Assembly (NCBI GenBank): GCA_963825595.1
Contig: CAWGUE010000034.1
Coordinates: 99,377-163,376, forward strand
DNA from: an uncultured delta proteobacterium
Lineage (GTDB): Bacteria > Desulfobacterota > Desulfobacteria > Desulfobacterales > SG8-13
DNA length: 64,000 nt
Direction: 5' to 3'
Shown here: one piece after another, positions 29,111 through 39,566 of the stretch
Position numbering within the stretch: position 1 is the first letter of the stretch
Layout: each line of letters starts with the position of its first letter
Notes under the pieces: generated by a model
What the model was told of the DNA's origin: nothing
Databases searched by the model: none
Seen by the model: only the letters and a program-made list of their open reading frames with translations
Made by a program: the position numbers and the translations under genes

Positions 29111-30460
29111 CTATACGAGTCCTTGATCCATCATCGCATCCACCACCTTGAGGAAACCGGCGATATTGGCCCCGATCACATAGTTCCCGGCCTGACCATA
29201 CTGCTCGGCCGCATCGACGCAGGTTCGGTGAATACTCTTCATGATCATCTGCAGGCGGCTGTCAACCTCTTCCCTGGTCCATGCGAGTCTCATGCTGTTT
29301 TGGGTCATCTCCAGGCCGGAGACCGACACGCCACCGGCGTTGGCTGCCTTGCCGGGACCATAGAGCAGCTTGCTGTTTAAAAATATATCGACACCATCCG
29401 GCACGGTCGGCATGTTGGCCCCCTCACAAACCAAAAAGACGCCGTTGTTAACCAGATTCTGGGCATCTTTGGCGTTAATCTCGTTCTGGGTCGCGCTGGG
29501 GAAAGCACAGTCGGCTTTGTGATCCCAAAGGGGATTGAAATCGTCCGCCGGGGCTAACGGCGTATAGACCGCTTCGGGGTATTTTTCGGCATATTCCTTT
29601 ATCCGCCCCCGCCGGACATTCTTGAGTAGCATGACATAGGCCAGCTTTTTTGCGTCAATGCCGCTCTCATCGTAAATATAACCGGACGAGTCGGACAGCG
29701 TCACGGCTTTAGCCCCGAGGTCGATCAGTTTTTCGACGGTGTACTGCGCCACGTTTCCGGATCCGGACACCAGGCAGGTCTTGCCCTCAAGTGTTTGATC
29801 GTGGGTCGCTAACATCTCAGCGGCAAAATAGACTGATCCGTAACCGGTGGCTTCCGGCCGGATGAGGCTGCCGCCCCAGTTGAGGCTTTTACCGGTCAAC
29901 ACACCGGTGAATTCGTTGCGGAGTTTCTTGTACATGCCGAAAAGGAAGCCGATCTCTCTGGCTCCGACACCGATATCCCCGGCCGGCACATCCGTGTTTG
30001 GCCCAATATGGCGAAACAGTTCGCACATGAAACTCTGGCAGAATCGCATGACTTCGTTGTCGGATTTTCCTTTGGGATCGAAATCCGAACCACCCTTTCC
30101 GCCCCCCATCGGCAGTGTGGTCAGTGCATTTTTAAACACCTGCTCGAATGCCAAAAACTTCAAGATCCCCAAATTCACCGACGGGTGAAACCGCAAGCCG
30201 CCCTTATAAGGACCGATGGCGCTGTTCATTTCAATGCGAAAGCCTCTGTTCACCTGGGCCTGTCCCTGGTCGTCCATCCAAGGTACCCGGAACATGATCA
30301 CCCTCTCCGGTTCAGCCAGCCGCTCCAGGATTTTGGCCTGGCGGTATATCTGGTTCTGGTCCAACACGGGCTTAATCGTATCAAAAACTTCGCTGACCGC
30401 CTGGTGAAATTCCTTTTCATGCGGATCTTTGTTGATGACCAGTTGCAGTACATCATCCAT
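29111..30460 (-). CDS. gdhA: NADP-specific glutamate dehydrogenase
   Basis: The 449-aa ORF has the GDH motifs LPMGGGKGGSDFDPKG and VSGSGNVAQY. Confidence 0.95.
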   Translation of the reverse strand: MDDVLQLVINKDPHEKEFHQAVSEVFDTIKPVLDQNQIYRQAKILERLAEPERVIMFRVPWMDDQGQAQVNRGFRIEMNSAIGPYKGGLRFHPSVNLGILKFLAFEQVFKNALTTLPMGGGKGGSDFDPKGKSDNEVMRFCQSFMCELFRHIGPNTDVPAGDIGVGAREIGFLFGMYKKLRNEFTGVLTGKSLNWGGSLIRPEATGYGSVYFAAEMLATHDQTLEGKTCLVSGSGNVAQYTVEKLIDLGAKAVTLSDSSGYIYDESGIDAKKLAYVMLLKNVRRGRIKEYAEKYPEAVYTPLAPADDFNPLWDHKADCAFPSATQNEINAKDAQNLVNNGVFLVCEGANMPTVPDGVDIFLNSKLLYGPGKAANAGGVSVSGLEMTQNSMRLAWTREEVDSRLQMIMKSIHRTCVDAAEQYGQAGNYVIGANIAGFLKVVDAMMDQGLV

Positions 30461-30708
30461 GGTAGCCTCCCCCTGTGTTAATGTATTTATGAGCTATGAA
30501 AAACGGTTAATGAACGATTCGGGCCGATCCATGCCCCGGGGCGCCTCATTAGGGCTGGAAACCGACTTAAGCGATTGTTGCGGTTGACGCAGATACAGCA
30601 GAGCAAAATCCGGCTCGCTTGGGCGGCAGTTGACGCTGAAAATAGCAATAAATATCTTACGTTAACAGAATTTCCCTTTGACTTTGTATTTAAAATATTC
30701 ATTTTAAT

Positions 30709-30724
30709 TGGTAACAAACTTGCA
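30709..30724 (+). promoter_or_regulatory. Sigma-54-like -24/-12 element (weak call)
   Basis: TGGTAACAAACTTGCA has GG (30710-11) and GC (30722-23) at the canonical spacing. It lies about 225 nt upstream of pstC. Confidence 0.25.
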
Positions 30725-30825
30725 ATTACGATTCAAGCGAAAACGCTGCGCCGCAGCAAAAGGGGCGATTCCGGCATTACAGCCCCAAATTGAGACGGCA
30801 AAGCGAACCAAAACCTCACCGAATC

Positions 30826-30843
30826 CTAACACAACCCTAACAG
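30826..30843 (-). promoter_or_regulatory. Candidate Pho box upstream of pstC
   Basis: The plus strand reads CTAACAC-AACC-CTAACAG, which is CTGTTAG-GGTT-GTGTTAG on the minus strand. These are two 7-mers with an 11-bp period, 107-124 nt upstream of pstC. Confidence 0.5.
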
Positions 30844-30949
30844 TTTATCCTTAATTGTAATAGAGGATTTGGGTCATCTCGGCACCCGCCGGCCGATGGG
30901 CACGCGAACGACGCAGAGGTAGAAAATCAACATTATATCGAATAATTAT

Positions 30950-32350
30950 ATGACGGTTCTCATGTCACCATCAACTCTCCTGGTCGTTCTCCTGGCGCTG
31001 TCGTCCGTGGCTTACATCCTGGGACGCCGCCGTGCATTCTCGGTGGCGGGCACCCCCGACAAGGTTAAAAAACTCCATTCGCGTCCCACTTATTACGGTG
31101 CCCTGGCCGCGATCTGGTGCGGTTTACCGGCCCTGATCCTGTTCGGTTTTTGGATGGCCTTTGAGCAATCGGTCATAACCCACCTGGTCGTGACTGACTT
31201 ATCCGACACATTCAACAGTCTGACGCCGGACCGCTTGAACCTGGTGGTCAATGACATCAAAAACCTTGTCAGCGGCAATATTGTCTCGGGAAGCATCGAC
31301 TCGTCCATGCAAATGGCGGCCAATCATTACCGTCATCTCGTTACCATCAGTCACGGTGCCCTGGCGGTGGTGGCCCTGGCCCTTGCCACAACCGCCACCT
31401 TGATCGTCCGGGTCAAAATCTCCCCGAACCTGCGAGCGCGCAATCACGTCGAAAATATCACCACGATCATTTTAATCGGCTGTTCGACAGTGGCCATATT
31501 TACGACAATCGGCATCATATTGTCGGTGCTGTATGAAGCCGTTCGTTTTTTCGGCCAAATATCGATCTGGGAATTTTTATTCGGCTTGAGGTGGAGCCCC
31601 CAGATGGCCATTCGTGCCGATCAGGTCGGCTCATCCGGTGCCTTCGGTTCGGTGCCGGTCTTCGTCGGAACCCTCTTGATTTCGGCTATCGCCATGATTG
31701 TCGCCGTTCCCATCGGTCTCATGTCGGCCATCTATCTCTCGGAATATGCCCATCCCCGCTTTCGTTCAACCGCCAAGCCGCTGTTGGAAATCCTGGCCGG
31801 AATACCGACAGTCGTCTACGGTTTCTTTGCCGCCCTGGTGGTGGCGCCGCTGATTCGAAACTCGGGTACGCTTATCGGTCTCGACGTGTCCTCCGAAAGC
31901 GCTCTGGCGGCGGGCCTGGTCATGGGCATCATGATCATCCCCTTTGTTTCCTCGATTTCTGACGACGTCATCAATGCCGTACCCCAGGCGATGCGTGACG
32001 GAGCATACAGCCTCGGAGCCACCCAATCCGAAACCATCAAGCAGGTTGTCATCCCCGCTGCGTTGCCCGGCATCGTCGGGGGAATACTTCTGGCCATTTC
32101 AAGGGCCATCGGAGAAACCATGATTGTGGTCATGGCCGCCGGATTGGCGGCCAATCTGACCTTCAACCCCCTGAGTGCCGTCACGACAGTAACCGTTCAA
32201 ATCGTCACGCTGCTTGTGGGCGACCAGGAATTCGACAGCCCCAAAACCCTGGCTGCCTTCGCCCTTGGCCTCCTCTTGTTCGTCATCACCCTGATCCTCA
32301 ACGTTATCGCCCTGCAGGTGGTGCGCAAATACCGGGAGCAGTATGAATAA
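30950..32350 (+). CDS. pstC: Phosphate ABC permease PstC (long form)
   Basis: The 466-aa ORF is multi-TM and contains MAAGLAANLTFNPL, a PstC-like sequence. Confidence 0.9.
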   Translation: MTVLMSPSTLLVVLLALSSVAYILGRRRAFSVAGTPDKVKKLHSRPTYYGALAAIWCGLPALILFGFWMAFEQSVITHLVVTDLSDTFNSLTPDRLNLVVNDIKNLVSGNIVSGSIDSSMQMAANHYRHLVTISHGALAVVALALATTATLIVRVKISPNLRARNHVENITTIILIGCSTVAIFTTIGIILSVLYEAVRFFGQISIWEFLFGLRWSPQMAIRADQVGSSGAFGSVPVFVGTLLISAIAMIVAVPIGLMSAIYLSEYAHPRFRSTAKPLLEILAGIPTVVYGFFAALVVAPLIRNSGTLIGLDVSSESALAAGLVMGIMIIPFVSSISDDVINAVPQAMRDGAYSLGATQSETIKQVVIPAALPGIVGGILLAISRAIGETMIVVMAAGLAANLTFNPLSAVTTVTVQIVTLLVGDQEFDSPKTLAAFALGLLLFVITLILNVIALQVVRKYREQYE

Positions 32351-33644
32351 GTCTTCCCATAGCAATTCTGCGAATGGCAAGCGTTCGGCGCGGACCATCG
32401 ATATCGTCAACCGCAGCCTGCCCCGTCGCTACAACGCCGAAAGGAGGTTCAGACTTTACGGCATTTCAGCCATCGTTCTCAGCCTGATATTTTTGTCTTT
32501 TCTCTTCGTCAGCATCATCGGCAAAGGCTACCCCGCTTTTTACAAAACGTTTGTCAAACTGGACATTTTTTTCGATCCTGGCGTTCTGCGGCAGGACGCG
32601 CTGGCCACCGCCGATTACGCCGCCCTGGTCAAGACGTCTCTTCGCAAAATGTTTCCCGATGTGTCTGGACGAAGGGACAAACGGGATCTCTATAGCCTGG
32701 TCAGTTCGGGTGCCGCTTTCCAGTTGCGAGAGATGGTGCTCAAGGATCCGGATGTCATCGGCCGCACCGAGCCGGTGTGGGTCCCGGCCGATGACGATGT
32801 TGACATGCTTGTGAAGGGCCATGCCGACCGCAAGGCCCCTGAAAGCGAACGCCGGATGAACGATAAGCAACTGTCCTGGATCGAGGCCCTCGAAAGGGAC
32901 AACCGGATCGAAAAACGCTTCAACCGGACGTTTTTCAATGGCGGTGACTCGCGTGATCCCGAACTCGCCGGCATTTGGGGGGCGGTGGTGGGATCTTTTC
33001 TTACCCTGGTGATCACCCTCGCACTCTCTTTCCCGATCGGAGTGGCGGCTGCAATTTACCTGGAGGAGTTTGCACCCAAAAATCGATGGACCGACCTCAT
33101 CGAAGTCAACATCAACAACCTTGCGGCTGTACCGTCGATCGTCTTCGGTTTGCTGGGGTTGGCCGTTTTCCTCAATTTCTTCGGCCTACCCCGTTCCGCA
33201 CCCCTTGTGGGCGGCCTGGTGCTCACATTGATGACCCTGCCCACCATCATCATCGCCAGCCGGGCATCCCTGCAGTCGGTTCCGCCTTCTATCCGTGAAG
33301 CCGCGCTCGGCGTGGGTGCTTCCAGAATGCAAATGGTCGCCCATCACGTCCTGCCCCTGGCCCTGCCCGGCATGCTGACCGGAACGATCATCGGCATGGC
33401 CCGGGCGCTGGGTGAATCCGCCCCCTTGCTGATGATCGGCATGGTGGCCTTTATCGTCGACATTCCCGGTGGTTTTACAGACCCGGCGACGGTTCTGCCG
33501 GTTCAGATATATCTATGGGCCGACAGCCCCGAAAGGTCATTTGTCGAACTCACCTCCGCCGCCACCATCGTCTTACTGGCATTTCTCATCGTAATGAACG
33601 CTGCCGCCGTTGTCCTGCGCAAGCGCTTCGAACGCCGCTGGTGA
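32343..33644 (+). CDS. pstA: Phosphate ABC permease PstA (long form)
   Basis: The 433-aa ORF overlaps pstC by 8 nt. Its C-terminal core contains EAALGVGASRMQMV and ARALGESAPLLM. Confidence 0.9.
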   Translation: MNKSSHSNSANGKRSARTIDIVNRSLPRRYNAERRFRLYGISAIVLSLIFLSFLFVSIIGKGYPAFYKTFVKLDIFFDPGVLRQDALATADYAALVKTSLRKMFPDVSGRRDKRDLYSLVSSGAAFQLREMVLKDPDVIGRTEPVWVPADDDVDMLVKGHADRKAPESERRMNDKQLSWIEALERDNRIEKRFNRTFFNGGDSRDPELAGIWGAVVGSFLTLVITLALSFPIGVAAAIYLEEFAPKNRWTDLIEVNINNLAAVPSIVFGLLGLAVFLNFFGLPRSAPLVGGLVLTLMTLPTIIIASRASLQSVPPSIREAALGVGASRMQMVAHHVLPLALPGMLTGTIIGMARALGESAPLLMIGMVAFIVDIPGGFTDPATVLPVQIYLWADSPERSFVELTSAATIVLLAFLIVMNAAAVVLRKRFERRW

Positions 33645-33769
33645 TCCCACCCTGTCCTAACGAAAAACTAACTTTACCCTCACGCCGCTTTAACGCAGGC
33701 TTTCCATATTTGGCATGTTCAGGCTGAGAGGTCACTGCTATCAGCGTGATATTGGAAGCTTTCAATACC

Positions 33770-33787
33770 CTAACAATGTATTACCAG
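33770..33787 (-). promoter_or_regulatory. Weaker Pho-box-like repeat upstream of pstS
   Basis: The plus strand reads CTAACAA-TGTA-TTACCAG, about 76 nt upstream of pstS. Only the first half-site is good. Confidence 0.3.
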
Positions 33788-33862
33788 CAGGTTCGGAATC
33801 CGGTCAAATTTTTACTGTGGTGCAGTGAAGTGTCAATCCAATTCATTTAGAAGGAGGTCCTA

Positions 33863-34918
33863 ATGGTTAAGAGAATCGTCTTATTTATCGCTGTACTTTC
33901 CATCATTGGGATTGGTTTCAGTGGCATGGCCACTGCCCAATCCGCCAGAGACTACATCAGCATCGTCGGCTCATCCACGGTGTACCCGTTCGCCACGGTT
34001 GTCGCCGAGCAATTCGGGAAAACCACCCAGTTCAAAACGCCCAAAATCGAATCCACCGGTTCGGGAGGCGGACTCAAACTATTCTGTGCCGGTGTCGGTA
34101 CCGAGCATCCTGACATCACCAATGCTTCGCGGGCCATCAAGAAATCCGAGTACGACAAATGCATGACCAACGGCGTGAAAGAAATTGTCGAGGTCAAAAT
34201 CGGGTATGACGGCATCGTCGTCGCCAACGCCAAAAAGGGCAAAGCCTTGAACCTGACCCGCAAAGATATCTTCCTGGCGCTCGCCAAGAATGTGCCCGAT
34301 CCCAGCGGCGCTGAAAAAACCGTTCCCAATCCTTACAAGACCTGGAAGGACGTGAATTCTTCTCTACCGGATGTCAAGATCGAGGTCCTGGGTCCGCCAC
34401 CGACCTCCGGTACCCGTGACGCCTTTGTCGAGCTGGTCATGGAACCCGGTGCGGATGAATTTGGATGGATCAAAGCTATGGCCAAAAGCGATAAGAAAAT
34501 GTACAAAAGCATTGCCCACACGGTCCGTGAAGACGGCGCCTATGTCGAAGCCGGTGAGAACGACAACCTGATCGTCCAGAAACTCGAGGCCAATCCCAAT
34601 GCGCTCGGCATTTTCGGCTTTAGCTTTCTGGATCAAAATACTGATAAGATTCAGGGCTCATACGTTGACGGCGTCCAGCCGACCTTCGAAAACATTGCCG
34701 ACGGAAAGTACCCTGTTTCCCGTCCCTTATTCTTCTATGTCAAGAAGGCCCATGTCGATAACATCCCGGGCATGAAGGAATACCTGGCGGAGTTCACCAG
34801 CGAGAAGTGTTGGGGGGATGATGGTTACCTGTCGGAAAGAGGGCTGATTCCAATGCCGAAAGCCGAACGGGACAAGTTCAACGAGGACGTTAGCAGCCTG
34901 AAACCAATTGCCATGTAA
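33863..34918 (+). CDS. pstS: Phosphate-binding protein (PstS/PhoT family)
   Basis: The 351-aa ORF follows RBS AGGAGG. It has a signal peptide and the phosphate-binding motifs GSSTVYPF and TGSGGG. Confidence 0.85.
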   Translation: MVKRIVLFIAVLSIIGIGFSGMATAQSARDYISIVGSSTVYPFATVVAEQFGKTTQFKTPKIESTGSGGGLKLFCAGVGTEHPDITNASRAIKKSEYDKCMTNGVKEIVEVKIGYDGIVVANAKKGKALNLTRKDIFLALAKNVPDPSGAEKTVPNPYKTWKDVNSSLPDVKIEVLGPPPTSGTRDAFVELVMEPGADEFGWIKAMAKSDKKMYKSIAHTVREDGAYVEAGENDNLIVQKLEANPNALGIFGFSFLDQNTDKIQGSYVDGVQPTFENIADGKYPVSRPLFFYVKKAHVDNIPGMKEYLAEFTSEKCWGDDGYLSERGLIPMPKAERDKFNEDVSSLKPIAM

Positions 34919-35106
34919 GTCGCGACAAAAAATCATGCCATTGCAAGCAGGCCGGACGGTTTTACCACCAGCCTGCTTAACATTTATGAACGGCAGGCAG
35001 GTTTTAAAAGCTTTCAGAGTGTCATTGATCGATTGACAGCCTGGCTCGTTTGGTTTTATTTATAAGTCCGTTTCACCACATTTTGCTAACACATGGGGAT
35101 ACTATC

Positions 35107-36024
35107 ATGCCAGAGGCAGAAGCATCAAATTCGATACATAGCCGGTCGTTCGATCAAAAGCTGGAAAGCAGCGGGGATATTGACGGCGATTGGAAATCCC
35201 ACGTAAAGGCCGGTCACAAACTGGTTAGTCGTGATGACCGCAGAACCGTTGGAGACATCACGGTTAACAATCCCCGGATGTCCTGCCGAGATGTCAATGT
35301 TCATTATGGCGACAAGCAAGCCATCATAAATGTTTCCCTCGACATCGGTCGCAATGAAGTCATCGCCATGATCGGTCCTTCCGGGTGCGGCAAATCGACT
35401 TTTATTCGCTGTCTGAACCGCATGAACGACACCATCGACGGTTGCCGCGTTACGGGAGAGATTACCCTGGACGGGATCGACATCTACGGAAAAAACATTG
35501 ACGTGGTACCCTTAAGGGCACAAGTGGGCATGGTATTCCAGAAACCGAACCCCTTCCCCAAGTCAGTCTACGATAATGTTGCCTATGGACCGAAGATCCA
35601 CGGACTGGCCCAGAACAAGTCTGAGCTGGATGAGATCGTTGAGACGTCTCTTCGCAAGGCCGGTTTGTGGGATGAAGTCAAGGACCGTCTCGATCAGCCG
35701 GGCACCGGTCTTTCCGGCGGTCAGCAGCAACGCCTTTGCATCGCCAGAACCATTGCCGTCGGCCCTGAAGTCATCCTGATGGACGAACCCTGTTCGGCCC
35801 TCGATCCCATCGCCACATCGGTGATCGAGGATCTGATCAACGAGCTCCGCGAGCAATACTCCATCGCCATCGTGACCCACTCCATGCAGCAGGCAGCCCG
35901 CGTTTCCCAACGGACCGCCTACTTCCACCTGGGTGATCTCATCGAAGTCGGTCCGACAAAAATGATCTTTACCAGGCCCAGCCATCAGTTGACCCAGGAT
36001 TACATCACCGGCCGTTTTGGCTAA
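35107..36024 (+). CDS. pstB: Phosphate ABC ATPase PstB
   Basis: The ORF 35050..36024 has its likely start MPEAEAS at 35107. It contains [32 protein letters not shown] and a C-terminal YITGRFG. Confidence 0.92.
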   Translation: MPEAEASNSIHSRSFDQKLESSGDIDGDWKSHVKAGHKLVSRDDRRTVGDITVNNPRMSCRDVNVHYGDKQAIINVSLDIGRNEVIAMIGPSGCGKSTFIRCLNRMNDTIDGCRVTGEITLDGIDIYGKNIDVVPLRAQVGMVFQKPNPFPKSVYDNVAYGPKIHGLAQNKSELDEIVETSLRKAGLWDEVKDRLDQPGTGLSGGQQQRLCIARTIAVGPEVILMDEPCSALDPIATSVIEDLINELREQYSIAIVTHSMQQAARVSQRTAYFHLGDLIEVGPTKMIFTRPSHQLTQDYITGRFG

Positions 36025-36123
36025 CTCCTGAAAAGATTTCATGTAATTTTTCGGCAAGCTATTTTTTACTTCAAAAACCGATACCGCAGCTATCTTAAGA
36101 AGGTGTGCTGGCGATAACCGGCT

Positions 36124-36780
36124 TCAATAGTTGCCGTGCCGAATAATTTCACCCTCGATCATGTATATGACCTCTTCGGCAATGTTGGTGGCGTGGTCTG
36201 CCAGGCGTTCCAGGTGGCGGGAGACGAGGAACAGGTTAATTAGATATCCTGTCATACCGGGATTTTCCTTCATGGCGTTTTTAATGCGATCGTAGGCCTC
36301 TCTCTGGATGAGGTCCACCTCATCATCCATTGTCACCACCTTTAAGGCGATATCCTCGTCAAGGTTGACAAGTGCATCCAGGCTCATCCTGAGCATGGTT
36401 TCGGCTTTTTGAGCCATAAGCGTATAATCAAAATTGTAAACCGGGTTGTGGTGCTTGGACAGTACACTGACCCGTTGCGCGATGTTTACCGCCTGGTCTC
36501 CAATGCGCTCCAGGTCGTTGTTAATCTTAATGACTGCGATGAGAAACCGCAGGTCTACGGCCACGGGTTGGTGCAAAGCCAGCACCTTCAAACACTCTTC
36601 TTCGATTTCAACTTCCATTTCGTCGATTTCATAGTCTGTTTTAATAATTTGCTGGGCAGCCTGGGAATCTTGGTTGACCACGGCTTCGACGGCGAGCCGC
36701 ACGCGTTCCTCCACCATGGCGCCAAGTGACAAAATCATTTTTTTTATATTGTCCAGTTCACGAATAAAAATATTTGCCAT
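36124..36780 (-). CDS. phoU: Phosphate signalling regulator PhoU
   Basis: The 218-aa ORF has two PhoU repeats (ERIGDQAVNIA and ERLADHATNIAE). Confidence 0.92.
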   Translation of the reverse strand: MANIFIRELDNIKKMILSLGAMVEERVRLAVEAVVNQDSQAAQQIIKTDYEIDEMEVEIEEECLKVLALHQPVAVDLRFLIAVIKINNDLERIGDQAVNIAQRVSVLSKHHNPVYNFDYTLMAQKAETMLRMSLDALVNLDEDIALKVVTMDDEVDLIQREAYDRIKNAMKENPGMTGYLINLFLVSRHLERLADHATNIAEEVIYMIEGEIIRHGNY

Positions 36781-36899
36781 GAGCGCCCCCTTATATTCTA
36801 TCTACCAATGCTAAAATGGGAAACCAAACCATTTGGTGGCCAAATTAGTTTCTGAACGGCAATATGATTATCTTAAAACAGATTGATACTGGTATACAA

Positions 36900-36917
36900 A
36901 TGTTAAAATCTGGTTAG
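36900..36917 (+). promoter_or_regulatory. Candidate Pho box upstream of phoU
   Basis: ATGTTAA-AATC-TGGTTAG lies 120-137 nt upstream of the phoU start. Its orientation relative to the gene matches the other boxes. Confidence 0.4.
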
Positions 36918-37275
36918 TTCACGATGAGTATTTTGTTTCGGGTTGGCAGACGGTTGCCTCTTTTCCGTGGGTAACTCCCGGAGCATTGTCGCCCCGAAGT
37001 CCTTACTATATAACGGGTCTGTATCGCTGGTTAAGGCCATCCTGGATTTCCAACTCATAAGCTGTTGAGACCGACATTTTAAAACGATTGGAATTGAGAT
37101 GAAATCTGTTGGTTGCACCGATCATGGCGCTTTATACATTTTGTTGTATATTTTTATCATCATGAATGCTATATATAGTGCAATGAGTGCCCGATCGACT
37201 CGGACCTCATTTTGCGGTTGCCGATACGGATCCGCGATGGCTCTTTAACATTTTCGTTTCAAGAAAGGCTGGTAC

Positions 37276-38469
37276 ATGGAAAACACCAAACATTATGTTG
37301 TTGACACCAATGTATTGCTGGAAGACCCCAATTCGCTTTTCAAGCTTCGGAACGGAAACGAAAACCTCGTTTATATCCCTTACCATGTTCTCCTCGAACT
37401 CAATAAATTCAAAAAAGACCCGCGCCTGGGTCACATCGCTACCAAGGCGATCCACAACATCTCCGATTATCCCGACCAGTTTAAACTCTTAAGGTCTGAT
37501 CGCATTGCCGATTCATTCTCAAACCAGGTGGACAACCATATACTGGAGGAAATCCGCTCCAACGCCCTAATAGAGCCGATCCTGGTGACCAATGACAAGG
37601 TGTTTCAACTGCAGGCCGGACTTTTCGGGATCAGAAGCGAAAATTACAAAGAATCGGTACCGTCGAAATCCGAAGCCGAACGTTTTACAGGGTTTATTGC
37701 CCCGGGTGACGATATCACTCCCAACTGTTTTATGTGGAATGACAAAGGCAAACCGGTCTTTTACGGACCGAACAAAGAAAAGGTGATCGACTACCAGCTT
37801 AAAACCTGGAATGTCATACCGCGCAATGTGTACCAGAACTTGGCCCTGGAATTGATGAACAGCCTCGATATTCCCATTGTTACCATACAGAGTGCTGCCG
37901 GGTACGGCAAGAGTTTCCTGGCACTGGCAGCGGCTCTTTATCATACGCTCGAAAGAAAGACCCACACAAAGATCTTTGTGGTTAAACCGATGATAGAGAT
38001 TGGTCAGAAATTGGGTTACCTGCCCGGTCGAATCGATGAAAAAATGGAGCCCTACACCCGCTATATGTCTGACCTCGTTCTCAAACTGCACCGATTGCGC
38101 ACGGCCAACCGGATCTTTTTCGACCCGAACGAAGTCCCGCCGAAATACAATCCGAAAAAGTTCGAACTTCTACCGCTGGCCTACATCAGGGGAATGAACA
38201 TCGAAAATGCCGTGGTGATTATCGACGAAATGCAGAACATGTCCCGCAGTGAATGCCGTTCTCTTCTCTCCAGGATGGGCGAAGGGGTAAAATGCATCTG
38301 CCTGGGCGATATCCACCAGGTCGACAATCCGTATTTAAACCATGACAACAATGGCATGAACTGGGTGGTGAACAAGTTCAAGGGGAGCAAGATTTACGCT
38401 CACCTGGTTTTGAAGGGCGATAAATCCCGGGGACCGATTACTGATTTGGTCATACGGTCCGGTCTATAA
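37276..38469 (+). CDS. PIN-domain plus PhoH-like ATPase (PhoH2 type)
   Basis: The 397-aa ORF has the N-terminal PIN sequence HYVVDTNVLLEDP. It also has Walker A AAGYGKSFLA and Walker B-like VVIIDEMQN. Confidence 0.85.
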   Translation: MENTKHYVVDTNVLLEDPNSLFKLRNGNENLVYIPYHVLLELNKFKKDPRLGHIATKAIHNISDYPDQFKLLRSDRIADSFSNQVDNHILEEIRSNALIEPILVTNDKVFQLQAGLFGIRSENYKESVPSKSEAERFTGFIAPGDDITPNCFMWNDKGKPVFYGPNKEKVIDYQLKTWNVIPRNVYQNLALELMNSLDIPIVTIQSAAGYGKSFLALAAALYHTLERKTHTKIFVVKPMIEIGQKLGYLPGRIDEKMEPYTRYMSDLVLKLHRLRTANRIFFDPNEVPPKYNPKKFELLPLAYIRGMNIENAVVIIDEMQNMSRSECRSLLSRMGEGVKCICLGDIHQVDNPYLNHDNNGMNWVVNKFKGSKIYAHLVLKGDKSRGPITDLVIRSGL

Positions 38470-39151
38470 ACCGAACGCCATCAACAATTTTCAGCAGATA
38501 AATAAAGGACAAGATAACGGCTCGCTATCGTGTTATTTGCCGTAAAACAGCCGCGGGTAATTTGTACAGGGCCAACCTATGCAAAATGCTACCCCCTTTC
38601 AAGCCTCATCCATTCATCTTATGCGTTATCAATGGGTTGGCAGTACCCGAGCACAGCTGCGCCCAGGAAAGTCCTCTGGTTGCGGGATCACACATCTGAT
38701 CACTCAATTTAAGGAGTGCGTCTCGCAAATGGGCGACTGCAATTCGTGCCTATGCGATCGAGCTCGCAAATTTCATTAAAATCGCATCCAAAGATAGTCC
38801 TCCCTAATTCCCGCTTTTTATTATAGACCCACAACATGAAGGCCATTGCAATGGACGTAACTTGCTGGTATGTCTCCCTTCTAAAAAAATATTCCTGATA
38901 GATGGAATAAAGTTAGTCACCATCGCAGCGTCTTGGCTGTCGCATGGTGGCGACGGATATGATGACATTGCGGGCCTGGAAAAAGCATTTACCAGCCCCG
39001 GTGCCATCGCTGATGAAAAATTTACTGTTCAGTTTTTTTTCCCCACATTAATGGTCTTGGGCAGCCGCCCCGGATGAGTTAAATTTGACAACCCCAAAGG
39101 TATGCTTAGTATCTAATATCTTTTAGAAAAACTTGAGAAAGGACCAATATT

Positions 39152-39337
39152 ATGGAATTCAGTTGTTATCGAAAGGAATGCCCTTATAAAGGAAAGGGAT
39201 CGTACATAATCACAATCCCCCCGGAAGCATGTGTTGACGAGCACAACTGCGCAACATTATTTTGCCCACACTGCAATGGTGAATTGATAAAAATGGAGCC
39301 GGGTGAAATTGATTTGAGCCGATATAAGGAAGTTTAA
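39152..39337 (+). CDS. Small Cys-rich (zinc-ribbon-like) hypothetical protein
   Basis: The 61-aa ORF has Cys at 5, 10, 27, 33, 38 and 41, including CPHC. It follows a weak RBS GAGAAAGG and has no recognisable homology. Confidence 0.4.
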   Translation: MEFSCYRKECPYKGKGSYIITIPPEACVDEHNCATLFCPHCNGELIKMEPGEIDLSRYKEV

Positions 39338-39341
39338 AATA

Positions 39342-39434
39342 CTATATAGAATCGGCATGATGTCGGGCCCATTTGAGCAGATCCTGTTTGCAATCGTCAT
39401 GGGCCACCAAAGCGATGCGCTTCTTTTTTCTCAT
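39342..39434 (-). pseudogene. mgsA: Methylglyoxal synthase N-terminal remnant (30 codons)
   Basis: My translation is MRKKKRIALVAHDDCKQDLLKWARHHADSI*. The IALVAHDxCKxxLxxW segment is the MgsA N-terminal active-site motif. The rest of the roughly 130-150-aa enzyme is missing. Confidence 0.65.
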
Positions 39435-39566
39435 CCGTCGTTGTCAGTCGGTTCTAAAATGGAAATAACGGTGCTGCAAAACGTTTCTTAACGCCAAGCC
39501 GTCATCGCGCCAAAAATAACCGCCTCAACTGTGCTTCTTTTCCGCAAGAAATTTCCGCTGCCGATC

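Noticed and set aside
38655-38680. GGAAAGTCC string reminiscent of the RNase P P4 region
   Set aside because: It is an isolated 9-mer without any of the other conserved RNase P elements nearby.
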